This document shows, piece after piece, positions 51,323 to 64,000 of a DNA stretch of 64,000 nt. Position numbers and translations under genes: made by a program. The notes beneath the pieces are model-generated. The model saw only the letters and a list, made by a program, of their open reading frames with translations, was not told the origin of the DNA and did not search any database. How positions within the stretch are numbered: position 1 is the first letter of the stretch; every line of letters starts with the position of its first letter. Source of the DNA: Leucoraja ocellata (lineage: Eukaryota); assembly GCA_036785375.1 (NCBI GenBank), contig JAWMAR010000622.1, positions 744,001 to 808,000 of the forward strand. Direction: 5' to 3'.

Positions 51323-51836
51323 TTCCTCCATTTGGCCTAAAAATTAATGTAAATGAGATTTTAAAATAATGTTTTATTGTGAATTATTTGTGAATATTAT
51401 TTGGACACTTAGGCTATTTAAAAATGTTAATCATTTATTAAGAAATTGATAGATGTTTAGATCTAGTAATTGAAGTTTGAAATTAGCTACAATTGGGTAT
51501 CTAACTAATTATATGCTTTAATTTCAGGTCATCCAAGTAAGATTGTTTTATATTTGTTTCAGAATGCTTCAATCTATGTAACTGAAACTTTCATTCAGTT
51601 CTCTTAATTTTTAAGACAGTTATGGGCTTTTGACTGTCCACGATCACAGCTTTTTTGTTATGTCCATAGAAAATCAATAGGGAACAAGATGCTAATTTCC
51701 TAGTATGAAATGGCCATACCTTTTTATTACTTAAGATATGAAAGTGAATTAGGTGTCAAATTAAACTTCTTGTTATGCTTTATCTGATGGGATAAATTGC
51801 AGACTTGATTTTTAAAATCTCAAAATGTTGTAACAT

Positions 51837-54152
51837 TGCTAATAACAGAAACCACCTGTGGAACATTCATTCAGGCTTTCTCCTCCACGCCCACTCTCCC
51901 TTGGGTCTCAGTAAATGAGCTTGTCGATAATTTCAATGTGAAAATTACAAATATTATTGATGCCATTGCACCCACTAAGGTGAAAGTGGTCCCTGGCAAA
52001 AATAAGTCTCCATGGAGAAACGCCACGTTGGTAAAAATTGAAAAGAGAGAGTGTCGGAAAGCTGAACGTTGGTGGCGGGAAACAAATCTCCAGGTTCACT
52101 GTTACATGTATAAAGAAAGACTTTAAATCTACAACTTGGAACTGAGAAATGCAAGGCAATCCTTCTTCTCTGACATAATTGCCAAAAACAATAATAATGC
52201 ACGGGCCTTGTTTACTACTGTCGACAAGCGAACTAACCCTCCTGTGTCAGTGGCCCCTGAACTGCTTTCCACAAAAATTCAGAAAATGAGGCAAGCAGTC
52301 AGTGCCTCTACATCAGGTGCAGGACATGTGCTGTCCATGTGTCCACTTATAACCAATTCAATACCATGACACAATTTTATGTTATTAACCATAAAACCTT
52401 GGAGGACATCATACAACATTTGAAATCCTCCTCCTGCTGCCTCGATATTCTACCAACAGGCCTTTTCAAAGGTGTATCAAACTGCATGACCTCAGACCTT
52501 CGACAGATTGTAAACACGTCCCTTCTCTCAGGTGTCTTCCCACAGGCCCTGAAAACTGCTGTTATCAAGCCTCTCTTAAAAAAGAAAAACTTAGACACTT
52601 CACTACTGAACAATTACAGACCAATATCAAACCTCCCATTTCTCAGTAAAATCATTGAAAAAGCTGTTTTTAAGCAGCTAAACAATTTCATGTTAATGAA
52701 CAGCTGTTTTGATGTCTTCCAGTCAGGATTTAGACCACACCAACAGCACAGAGACGGCTCTTGTTAAGGTCTCAATGACATTCACTTAACACAGACAATG
52801 GCAAAAATTTCACTTAGTATTACTAGATCTCAGTGCTGCATTCGACACAGTCGATCACAACATATTACTAGACAGTCTGGAAAACTGGGTGGGACTTTCG
52901 GGCACAGCATTAAAATAGTTTGAATCCTACTTGAAGGACCCGGACTTATTTGTGACTATAGGTAATTACACATCTGAGCGTGCAATAATTACATGTGGAG
53001 TTCCCCAGGGCTCCATTCTGGGGCCTCTTCTGTTTAACATCTACATGCTTCCACTGGCTCAGATCATGAAAAACATCAAATATGTTAACCATAGTTACGC
53101 AGACGACACACAAATCTACATAACATATCACCAGGAGACTATAGTCCAATACAAGCACTGAGTAGATGCATTGAGGAAATCAACGATTGGATGAACCAGA
53201 ATTTTCTCCAATTAAACAAAGAAAAAACTGAAATAATTGTTTTAGGAGCCAGGAAGAACGATTAAAAGTTAGCACCCAGTTTCAAATGGTAATGTTAAAA
53301 CAACAAACCAAGCCAGAAACTTAGGAGTAGTCATGGACTCAGACCTGAACTTCAACAGCCACATAAAAACAGTCATAAAGTCAGCCTACTATCACCTAAA
53401 GAATATATCAAGGATTAAAGGACTTATGTCTCAGCAGGATTTGGAAAAACTTGTCCATGCATTTATCTTCAGCAGGCTCGACTACTGTAACAGTGTCTTT
53501 ACAGGTCTCCCCTAAAAAGTCGATCAGACAGCTACAGTTAATTCAGAATGCTGCTGCTCGAGTCCTCACTAAGACCAAAAAAGTAGATCACATTACTCCA
53601 GTTTGGAGGCCTTTACACTGGCTTCCTGTCTGTCAAAGAATTGATTTCAAAATACTACTGTTGGTTTACAAAGCACTGAATGGTTTAGGGCCAAAATATA
53701 TTTCTGATCTTCTGCTTAGACCTCTCAGATCGTCTGGGACAGGTCTGTTCTGTGTCCCCAGACTCAGAACTAAACATGGAGAGGCAGCATTTAGTTTTTA
53801 TGCACCACATATCTGGAACAAACTCCCAGAAAACTGCAGGTCTGCTGCAACTCTCAGCTCTTTTAAAATCTAGACTGAAGACTTTTCTGTTTGCCGCTGC
53901 CTTTCAGTAAACAATACAATTTATTAATTACCTATACTGCACTGTAACTTCTATTCCTGGTTTTATTCAATTTTAAATATTTTATTTGATTGCTTTTAAT
54001 TTAATAAAAATTTCATCTGAATTATCTAATAATCGTTTTACATCTAAATGTCATTTCATATGTGTTTCTTTCCAGTGCTTATAATATTTTATGTAAAGCA
54101 CTTTGAATGACCTTGTTGTTGAAAGGTGTTATACAAATAAACTTGCCTTGCC
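51837..54152 (+). mobile_element. L2-clade LINE, ~2.3 kb, 5'-truncated and frameshifted
   Basis: NNYRPISNLPFLSKIIEK, FQSGFRP, GVPQGSILGPLLF, SYADDTQ, LVHAFIFSRLDYCNS, LQLIQNAAARVLT; ends AATAAACTTGCCTTGCC. Confidence 0.88.
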
Positions 54153-54301
54153 TTTATAAAGGTAATAGATTCTGTCCCCTTAGCCATAATTATATCTCTC
54201 ATGACCACAATACTGTAACATCTCTGTAATCTCCCTGCACCCCAAGACGTAAAGTTATTTGCTGCCAATCTCGCTCTGTAGGTCAGGTCCTCGACTCTGA
54301 G

Positions 54302-55173
54302 CTCTATAGGAGGGTTGCACGTAAGGTCACTGGGTCATAGGGCTTGACGCACGGAGCCGCTCAATCCATCTGGAGGACATCCGTCACTTCCGGTATATGT
54401 TATTAATGCAAGAAACGCGTACTTTCCTACCTGTTAAAAACGCCAAAATGTTGAATTTCTGCGCTGAAAAATATTGTGGGAGTCGGGGTAAGTGTGAGAG
54501 ACACGTACCCAACTTTAGAATTCCAAACGTGAAGCAAAATGAAGGTAAAGAGAAACGAGAACTGAAGGGACAACAGCAGCTAAAGTGCTTGGTAAACATT
54601 GGCCGTGCAGATATCAGAATTGAAAATATTGGGAATTATGCGTTTGCATTTCATCAACAGTAAGGCATTTCTTGATTCCTTTGGTATCTAAAAAGTCTCA
54701 GAAGTGATAAATCTGCCTGTAAATTTTTCTTCAGATGCGTTTTCATTTTATATGTAAAAACCCACGAGAACCATGGGCGATTGAAAAGATGTATCACTTC
54801 TGAAACTTTTTAGATGCCAAAGGAATCAAGAAAAAACACAAATAATGCCTTAGTTGATGAAATGCAGTGAGCAAACGGCCAATGTTCGCCAAGCACTCTG
54901 GCTGTTGTTGTCCCTTCGGCTCTCGCTTCTATCTACCGTCATTTCTCCTCACTTTTGGAATTCTGAAGTAGGATAAATGTCTCACACACTTATCCCGATT
55001 TTCATAATTATTCACAGCGCAAAAATTGACCATTTCCGCGGGTTTTAACGGGCCCGCTACGCTGGAAACAATGTGCCTACCTGCAGTATATCGCGTGTAA
55101 TCCATTTGGAGTAGCGTAGCAACAGTAGGGGTCATGGGTCGTGACCCGACTGTCGTGAAACCTCCCTATAGAG
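54302..55173. mobile_element. Non-autonomous DNA transposon-like foldback element (~870 bp)
   Basis: Termini CTCTATAGGAGGGTTGCACG / CGTGAAACCTCCCTATAGAG; long imperfect internal inverted arms (~54430-54770 vs ~54780-55050). Confidence 0.6.
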
Positions 55174-55416
55174 GGCTGGCCTATTGTCATTCGCATCACA
55201 GGTAATGAATCACAAGAACTGGAAAGCCTCACCCGAACTCCAGATATCTTTAGTTTCTGTTGCTGCTCCATCAACTGGATCTCCGATTCCTTTTTTGCGA
55301 GAGATTCTATGGAAGATTTCACCTGATTCTGGGAAATGGGTTTAGAACCAGAGAATAAAATGTCAGATAATAAATTGAATTGAACGATGAAGTGATCAAA
55401 ATCGGTTTGCTTTTAC

Positions 55417-55824
55417 CTTATAGAGTTCCACAGCTTCTCCTATCACATGAAGCTGTGAGATTTGTGTTCCCGCGTAGCTGCACAAATCACACAGATCAGT
55501 TTCTTGTCAGTTTCACAAAACAGCTTCAGTTCTTCCTGATGTTCCTCGCAGTGAGGTTTACGTTCCTCTTTCCGATACAGGCTGTGATTTCGAGCTTTCT
55601 CAGCCAGTCTCGCCAAGGCCCAACTAACTCTGAGGGTGCGCTGTTCAAACACCGCTCCACATTCCGGGCAGGAGTTTCTCTCCGCCCTGTCCCAAAACCG
55701 TGTGATACAGGAGCGGCAGAAGTTGTGCCCGCACTCCAGCGCCACCGGGTCGGTGAAGAAATCCAGGCAGATGGGACACATTGCCTCCTCGGTCCAACTC
55801 TCCACCTGGTGTTTTCGAAGCCAT
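55417..55824 (-). CDS. TRIM RING + B-box exon
   Basis: ATG GCT TCG AAA start (MASK) then +1 A; ends EAVELYK|GTAAAA after a -1 indel. Confidence 0.85.
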
Positions 55825-55899
55825 TTTAACTCCTCCTCTTCCTGGTTCATAATGTTTTCATTGACGCCCAGCTGCTGAATATGGGCGGTCACGGTGGCG

Positions 55900-56099
55900 N
55901 NNNNNNNNNNNNNNNNNNNNNNNNNNNNNNNNNNNNNNNNNNNNNNNNNNNNNNNNNNNNNNNNNNNNNNNNNNNNNNNNNNNNNNNNNNNNNNNNNNNN
56001 NNNNNNNNNNNNNNNNNNNNNNNNNNNNNNNNNNNNNNNNNNNNNNNNNNNNNNNNNNNNNNNNNNNNNNNNNNNNNNNNNNNNNNNNNNNNNNNNNNN
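55900..56099. other. Probable scaffold gap (exactly 200 N)
   Basis: Round length with non-microsatellite flanks, unlike the other irregular N-runs, most of which adjoin simple repeats. Confidence 0.7.
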
Positions 56100-59000
56100 G
56101 CTGTCGTCAGGCAACTGAATCATCCTTCCACAAACAGAGAACAGCGCTGAACTACTAATCTACCTCATTGGTGGATCTGCATCACACAACAATCTGTCTG
56201 TCTTTTCGTCTTTTTTTTGTTATTTTCAGTGTGTTTTAAAAGTTTGGGGTTATTCTTCTCTGGTGTGTTTTGTGTGGGGAGGGTGTCGGGGGAAACCTTT
56301 TTTCAATATCTCACCTTGCCGGAGAAGCGATTGTTTTCCGGATCATATCTGTGGTCGTTCTGCGGCCCAACATCAGGAGCTGGCGGCCTTGATTATGAAA
56401 CACTGGAATGGTTCGATTGAAATCATGCATTGTCTTTCATAGAAACATAGAAAATAGGAGTAGGCCATTCGGCACTTCGAGCCTGCACCGCCATTCATAT
56501 GATCATGGCTGATCATCCAACTCAGTATCCTGTACCTGCCTTCTCTCCATACTCCCTGATCCCTTTAGCCACAAGGGCCACATCTAACTCCCTCTTAAAT
56601 CTAGCTAATGAACTGCCTCAACTACCTTATGGCAGAGAGTTCAGATATTCACCACTCTCTGTGTGAAAATGTTTTTCTCATCTCGGTCCTAAAGGATTTC
56701 CCCTTTATCCTTAAACTGTGACCCCTGGTCCTGGACTTCCCCAACATCGGGAACAATCTTCGTGCATGTAGCCTGTCCAACCCTTAAGAACTTTGTAAAG
56801 TTTCTATAAGAATCCCCCTCAATCTTTTAAAATCTAGTGAGTAAAGCCGAGTCTATCCAGTCTTTCTTCATATGAAAGTCCTGCCATCCAGGAATCAGTC
56901 TGGTGAACCTTCTCTGTACTCCTCTAAGCAAGAATGTCTTTCCTCAGATTTGGAGACCAAAACTGTACGCAATACTCCAGGTGTGGTCTCACCATCAGAG
57001 ACAGCTTCTACCCCACAGCCATACATGAACTTAACAATGCAAAATAGAAATAACACTCACATTCAACTGAATGGTTATACCTCAGCTGCTATTGTTATTT
57101 ATCTGTATTTTTTTTATATGTATATATTTTTACCTTTTCTTATATATTTAAAATTGCTCTTGTGAATCGCACCGTGGGATTGACTTTTAAATATCGTTGT
57201 ACCATGTGCAATGACAATAAAGTGATATCATTCATTCATTCATTCAGTCATTCATTCACCAAGACCCTGCACAACTTCCCGCTGACTGCAGTGCACGCAA
57301 CAACAGCGTTTCACTGTACCAGATTTTAAAACCAACCTCAAAAGTCATACAGTTTGGGGTTTATTTCATTTTCACACTGAAATGACCAGGGCGCGTTGTT
57401 CGAATAAACACAATATTTCTATTAGGTTCTTGTGCATTTTACTGGTCGTGCGAATTATCCAAATTCAACAAGAGGGGATTAAATGTATCTATTGCATTAA
57501 TCTATGAATGTGTCAATTCGTCATTTTCAGGGTCTTTACCCTCCAAGAGGACGCGCTCATCACTTCCACAAATGCCTCTTGATCGATTTAAGTTCACTCC
57601 TCGCTCCTGCATTGAGGGTCTCTCCGCTATTCCACCTCATGCATGTGCCGCTTCTGCAGACTCTTGTGTCCCAGTGAATAGTGGACATCAACAACGATGA
57701 ACCAAGCATTATAAATTATTACATTTAAAAAATCGCATGCTTGTATAATTTCAAAATAGCAGAATTTTATTTAAAAAATATGCAGCGGGTCAAGAAGGTT
57801 TGGTACAAATTTCATGCACGCAACCTCATGCATGTCAGGAAGTTCACTGCAGTGCCGCTTGCAACCATGAAAGGCCAGGATGGGAGTAAACACATTTTAA
57901 TCCACATCAGGGGATGCCGATGCTGTGTAAATGTTTGCGCGGCGCAGTGTCCCCACCTGCTGGTAACAAGCCGATACTGCGAATCGGGCCGGTATATTAA
58001 CCATTACCCCGTGGGGATGGTGAATCTGGACAGAGAAATGAACATGTTCCGATGCTGGAGGCCGGCATCGCCGTAGGAGCAGAGGCGGTGACTGAAAGAT
58101 AATCCGGCATTCCCGAGAATATTTGATCTTCAAGCACTTTGAATGAGTTGGATCTTAAAGTGTTGCGGTCATCGTTTTTCAGACACTTTATTTCATTTCA
58201 AGCATTTGCGGTAATTAACTATTTAAGGCGGGGAGGGGGCGGGATACTTAATGCTGCTAGGACTAGATCGTCTGAGCTGTAGGCCTTGGACTAAGGTGAA
58301 GGGGAAATATGTAATATGAATGTGAGGGGTAACTTTTTCACACAGCAGTGGTGGGTGTATGGAACAAGCTGCCAGAGGAGGTAGTTGGTGGCTGGGACTA
58401 TCGCAACATTTAAGAAACAGTTAGTGGATAGGACAGGTTTGGAGGTATATGGACCAAACGCGGGCAGGTGGGACCAGTGTAGCTGGGACATGTTGGCCGG
58501 AGTGGGCAAGTGGGCCGAAGGGCCTGTTCTACACTATCACTCGACGCGATAGTGCTATTCAGTTAGCGGAAAAATAATACATAATTACAAACAATTCATT
58601 TACAGTTTACAGATACAGATAATAACGTTTCTTCCCGATGGCAGGAATGAAATGAGAGCGTGGTCAGGGTGGTGAGGGTCTCAGATGATACTGGCTGCCT
58701 TTTTGAGGCAGCTTCTCTTGTAGATCCCTTCGATGCTAGTGAGATCAGAACCTTTAGATAGTCACATAAAATGCTGGAGTAACTCAACGTGACAGGTAGC
58801 ATCCCTGGACATGGGTGGATGTTTCGGGTCGAGACCCTTGTTTACACTCAGTGTCTTCCAGCGAACACCTAGTGGCTCAATTTGGTTCTGTTGCCTGGTC
58901 TGAAGAAGTCTCGACCCAAACGTCACCCATTACTTCTCTCCAGAGATGCTGCCTGCACGTTGAGTTACTCCAGCATTTATGTGGCTATCTAAAGGTTCTG

Positions 59001-59502
59001 ACCTCGCTAGCATCGAAGGGATCTGCAAATGAAGCTGCCTCAAAAGGCAGCCAGCATCATCAGAGACCCTCACCTCCCTGGCCACGTTCTCATTTCACTC
59101 CTGCCATCGGGAAGAAGGTACAGGAGACTGAAAAGGTAACGTCTAGGTTCAGGGACAGCTACTTCCCTACATATGTGTCTCGAAAATCTATCTATCTATC
59201 TGCATATATCTACNNNNNNNNNNNNNNNNNNNNNNNNNNNNNNNNNNNNNNNNNNNNNNNNNNNNNNNNNNNNNNNNNNNNNNNNNNNNNNNNNNNNNNN
59301 NNNNNNNNNNNNNNNNNNNNNNNNNNNNNNNNNNNNNNNNNNNNNGTGTTTATGCGTGTGTGTGTGCGTTTATGTGTGTATATGTGTGTGTTTAATGTAT
59401 GTGTGTGTTTATGTGTGCGCATGCATGTCTGTGTTTGTGCATGTATGTGTATGTGGGTGCGTGCGTGTCATGATGTATCTATATGTGTGTTTGTACAAAT
59501 AG

Positions 59503-59830
59503 ATAACCATATAACCATATAACAATTACAGCACGGAAACAGGCCATCTCAACCCTTCTTGTCCGTGCCGAACACATAATCTCCCCTTAGTCCCATATAC
59601 CTGCTCAGACCATAACCCTCCATTCCCTTCCCATCCATATAACTATCCAATTTTATTTTTAAATGATAAAACGAACCTGCCTCCACCACCTTCACTGGAA
59701 GCTCATTCCACACAGCTACCACTCTCTGAGTAAAGAAGTTCCCCCTCATGTTACCACTAAACTTCAGTCCCTTAATTCTCATGTCATGTCCCTTGTTTGA
59801 ATATTCCCTACTCTCAGTGGGAAAAGCTTT
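59503..59830 (-). mobile_element. Young LINE 3' end with (GGTTATAT)n tail, specific to the right arm
   Basis: Same family as 40811-41108; absent at the mirror site ~37990. Confidence 0.8.
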
Positions 59831-60839
59831 NNNNNNNNNNNNNNNNNNNNNNNNNNNNNNNNNNNNNNNNNNNNNNNNNNNNNNNNNNNNNNNNNNNNNN
59901 NNNNNNNNNNNNNNNNNNNNNNNNNNNNNNNNNNNNNNNNNNNNNNNNNNNNNNNNNNNNNNNNNNNNNNNNNNNNNNNNNNNNNNNNNNNNNNNNNNNN
60001 NNNNNNNNNNNNNNNNNNNNNNNNNNNNNNNNNNNNNNCAGATAAATAGATAGATACACATATAGACATATAATTTGGAACATCTATATATATCTATATT
60101 ACTAAAATTATCCTCATCTTGTTACTTTGTTATGTGCGTGTGGGTGGGTAAGTGAGTGAGATTCCGGAACCACGACAAAAAAAGGCACACGATAGCGCTA
60201 CAAATTCTGGACCACCGTTCTCACAATTGTCTTGTGGTGTGTTTTTAACAAGTTTCTTTCAGATTGATGTTCTATTTTACAAATTATTCACATTTTTAAC
60301 TTTATAAAATCCCACTTTAAGAAACACTTCTTCCATCTGCACGCTGGCAATTACAACTATGACGTCACAATGGGACCCCGCACCAATGTTGCGATCACAG
60401 AACACTGAGTCCTGGCAGCATTTTTTTAAAAGTTTAATAACATTGAGGCTGAACAGGAGGGGGGGTGGGGGTGGGGTGGGTGGAGGGGGAGGGGGGTGGG
60501 GGGGGGGGGTGGAGGGGGAGGCAGGGGAAGTGCAATTGATTTTTTAAAGTCATGCCAGCAAGTCCAATTGGGGGGCTGATGAGGAGGGGGAGGGAGTGCT
60601 GGGGGATAAGGGGAAATCAGCCGCCCAGTGCAGTTGGGGGCTATGGATGAGTGGTAGAATATTGCGGTGGGTGGACAGATTAAGTTGGGGAATGGGTGAG
60701 TGGTGGAATATTGCGTTGGGAGGACCGGTTGCGTTGGGGACCAGGCCTCCGTGTGACAGGGAACTAACGGGCCCCACTTGATCTAGTATGACAATAAAAC
60801 ACTCTAGACTCTTGACGCACCGTGTGTCCGCTCCCGTTC

Positions 60840-63679
60840 TCAATTAATCTCCCCGTCTGCCTCAGGGGACTCACTTTGTCTCCGTTTCGGCTTCAGATTC
60901 AGATACGCATAGGCGATTTCTTGCCCACCGAGCACCTACAAGCAAGCACAATTGAGACGGTGAAATACAGCTCCGTTGTCAACTGATTCTCCCGCTCCCG
61001 CTGGAGTTGCTCCCTCACAGCGCCGGAGACCCGGGCTCAATCCGGATAACAATTGCTGCCTGTGCGGAGTTTGTCCGTTTCACCCCGTGACCTGCATTGG
61101 CTTTCTCCGGGTGCTCCGGTTTCCGCCCACACTCCAAAAGACGTACAAGTCTGTAGGTGTATTCGCTTTGGTACACATTTTAAATTTCCCCTAGTGTGTG
61201 TATGATAGAGCGAGTGTACGGGATCGCTAGTAGGCGCGGCCTCGGTGGGCCGAAGGGCCTGTTTCCGCGCTGTATCACTAAACTAAACTGAACTATTCAC
61301 GCTCGCAGTAATGTCACATGGCACCTTGGAATCCCGAGTATTGATTAGTCCCTAGATAGGAAGAGAATTCTGAAGAAGGGCCTCGATCCTAATTAGGACC
61401 CTGGTCTCCTAATCTGAGGAAAGATATTCCTGCCATAGAGGGAGTACAGAGAAGGTTCACCAGACTGATTCCTGTGATGTCAGGCCATTCATATGAAGAA
61501 AGACTGGATAGACTCGGCTTGTACACGCTGGAATTCAGAAGATTGAGGGGGTTCTTATAGAAACTTACAAAATTATTCAGGGGTTGGACAGGCTAGATGC
61601 AGGAAGATTATTCCCGATGTTGGGGAAGTCCAGAACAACGGGTCATCGTTTAAGGATAAGAGGGAAGTCTTTTAGGACCGAGATGAGAAAATCATGTTTT
61701 ACACAGAGAGTGGGTGAATCTGTGGAATTCTCTGCCACAGAAGGTAGTTGAGGCCAGTCCATTGGCTATATTTAAGAAGGAGTTAGATGTGGCCCTTGCG
61801 GCTAAAGGATCAGGGGGTATGGAGAGAAGGCAGGGATGGGATACTGAGTTGGATGATCAGCCATGATCATATCGAATGGCGGTGCAGGCTCGAAGGGCCG
61901 AATGGCCTACTCCTGCACCTATTTTCTATGTTTCTATGACCCTAAACGTCACCCATTCCTTCACTCCAGAGATGCTGCCTGACTCGCTGAGTTACTCCAG
62001 CATTTGGCCCCTTGATTTGTTGACCCAGACGTGAATAAAATGAGCCGCAGAGGGCGAGGTTGAGGCAGGTGCAATAACAATGTTGAATAGGCATTGGGGC
62101 AGATGCGTGGAAAATAAATGTTTCGTTGAGTATGGGGCAAACGTGGGTATGTTGGAACAGCTCAGATGGGACCTGTGGATTGGCGTGGACGAGTTGGTCA
62201 GATTCCTTGACTGACTCTGTGACTCTATGGGCTTAAGGACCTGTTTCATTGCCCCGTGATGCCATTGAAATGCAGCACCAGTATCGCGTCAACATTGGAA
62301 ACATTGAACCGTTGTAATAGCGCCATACATCATTCTCCACATTCACGCCAGGGACAATGTGTTATTCCCCGTCCTCCCAATGCCCAATTCCCTCCCCTCT
62401 CTTCCCTTCCTCCCTCCATCACCCTCCCATTCTCCCTGTCCTCTCCCCCCCCCCCCCCCGTCTTTTAACCATTTGCTCAGCTCTCCACGTTGTCCCACTC
62501 TTCAGATCACTCTTCCCCATGTCAACAATAGGGCCCAGCAGGGCACGACTCTGCCTGATGCCATCTATTGCCGGTCTTGCTCTGTCCCAGTCTTCTCTCG
62601 CTCCCAGCTCTTCACCCACGCCACTCCCCTCCCCCTATGCCCCATCCTCCCACTACCCCCCCCCCCCTCCCGCCCCGCCCCACACCCGTTCTTTCTGAAG
62701 GAAACAGAAAAATAAATCTGAACAAGTGCGCCGACCGGAACGTGGCCCACCCACATCCACCAGAGATGCTGCCTGACCCACTGAGTTACAGGAGCGATGT
62801 GTTTCTCCAGCACTTTGCATTAGAAAAGTTGCCCTGAATTAGAAGAGGCCCATCAGTTAACAAGTCTCTTTCACTCACTCCCGGGCTATCGTTACCACGG
62901 CCACATGACAATAAACTGACTTGAACTTGTACTAGGTAGGATACACTAGAACATCCAAGCTCTTGAACTACATATTGTTGTTATTCCACCATTATCGCTN
63001 NNNNNNNNNNNNNNNNNNNNNNNNNNNNNNNNNNNNNNNNNNNNNNNNNNNNNNNNNNNNNNNNNNNNNNNNNNNNNNNNNNNNNNNNNNNNNNNNNNNN
63101 NNNNNNNNNNNNNNNNNNNNNNNNNNNNNNNNNNNNNNNNNNNNNNNNNNNNNNNNNNNNNNNNNNNNNNNNNNNNNNNNNNNNNNNNNNNNNNNNNNNN
63201 NNNNNNNNNNNNNNNNNNNNNNNNNNNNNNNNNNNNNNNNNNNNNNNNNNNNNNNNNNNNNNNNNNNNNNNNNNNNNNNNNNNNNNNNNNNNNNNNNNNN
63301 NNNNNNNNNNNNNNNNNNNNNNNNNNNNTGAGTTTGTGTATGTATATACACACACTGAAATAACTTTTTCTCGTTTATTCCATTGTTTACAGTGTGCCAT
63401 GTTTACACATTCTGTTGTGCTGCTACAAGTAAGAATTGTATTATCTATCTGGAACACACGACAATAAAACCCCTTGACTCTTGGATTGCGGTCGCCAATT
63501 GTTAAAATGTTTGCTATTGGTACCTTCACAGCCTCTCTTTCCGAGAACTGCCCCGCGCGTCGACACCGAGTCTCCCGGTGAATCCTCGTGTGAATCCTCC
63601 CGTCTCCCGAAGTCTCTCTCTGTGTCCGCGCTGGTTTCACATTGAGGCTCGAGTAGATGATATGTTGTCCCCGGGGCAG
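60840..63679 (-). CDS. 3' exons of a second copy of the ITIM gene (63524-63679 and 60840-60935); 5' exons would lie beyond the window
   Basis: [52 protein letters not shown] (156 nt) and [31 protein letters not shown]; splice sites conserved. Confidence 0.7.
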
Positions 63680-64000
63680 CTGGAAAGAAATAGAATAGAG
63701 ACGGATATTTCAGCACCACAACAGCCCTGAATTAACATTACATACTATTCTTACAACACTACATATATCACACCGCAGCAGAATTATCAACGTCGACATT
63801 GGGATAAACAGGACAATGCAGCACAATATTTCTACCCTCAATATTTTTTCACGGTTTCATTTAAACTTCGCACAGTATTTACATCTCAACACCATCACGG
63901 GGAGAAGAAAGGAAAAGGGAGGAGGAGGAGCCCGAGGGCTGAGGGATGGGAGGAGACAGTCTGAGGGTTGATGAAGGGGAGGAGACAGCAAGGGCTAACA

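Larger units (their letters stand above)
43953..55824 (-). pseudogene. TRIM39/TRIM27-like (RING, B-box, coiled coil, PRY-SPRY) E3 ligase gene, frameshifted as assembled; exons 55417-55824, 55233-55328, 49429-49661, 45579-45601, 45350(or 45368)-45486, 43953-44488
   Basis: C3HC4 [32 protein letters not shown]; B-box [23 protein letters not shown]; 96-, ~234- and 23-nt middle exons typical of class IV TRIMs; intact B30.2 exon. Three 1-bp indels (~55812, ~55445, ~49502) may be real lesions or consensus errors. Confidence 0.85.
56100..64000 (-). repeat. Right arm of the inverted duplication (may extend beyond the window)
   Basis: Reverse complement of 34052-41757 with substitutions, 1-bp indels and arm-specific insertions. 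Confidence 0.95.

Noticed and set aside
55443-55850. TRIM start at [10 protein letters not shown] (ATG 55850) as suggested by the ORF track
   Set aside because: The family-typical start MASK..VES is at 55824; the upstream ATG is in frame only because of a 1-bp insertion
5954-63328. Long X-containing ORFs spanning N-runs
   Set aside because: Artefacts of masked or unknown bases; most N-runs adjoin simple repeats and recur at homologous positions in the duplicates

Overview
Repeat-rich vertebrate genomic DNA, most likely a cartilaginous fish (skate/ray). This is inferred from HER1/CR1-type LINE 3' ends, HE1-like V-SINEs and a shark-type MASK..VES TRIM gene. The window holds a compact immune gene cluster that is mostly invisible in the ORF track because the exons are short. 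(1) A ~9 kb tandem duplication (A 1529-10961, B 10971-19266) carries two minus-strand CD2/SLAM-family genes: A has leader-IgV-IgC2-TM, while B has leader-IgV-IgC2 and has lost its TM exon through a ~780 bp deletion. (2) A plus-strand 6-exon gene (19527-37130, 199 aa), reconstructed by hand, encodes a signal peptide, a short Ser/Thr-rich Ig-less ectodomain, a GxxxG TM helix and two ITIMs. (3) A minus-strand RING/B-box/coiled-coil/PRY-SPRY TRIM gene has three 1-bp frameshifts. (4) A >=7.7 kb inverted duplication (34052-41757 vs 56100-64000) encloses the TRIM gene and holds a second copy of the ITIM exons; it starts at an exact 200-N gap, so an assembly artefact is possible. The rest is CR1, L2 and Rex1/Babar LINEs, V-SINEs, Harbinger-like MITEs, Penelope relics with hammerhead-like cores, and the 5' end of a Gypsy LTR element. 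Repeat boundaries were read by eye and are approximate.
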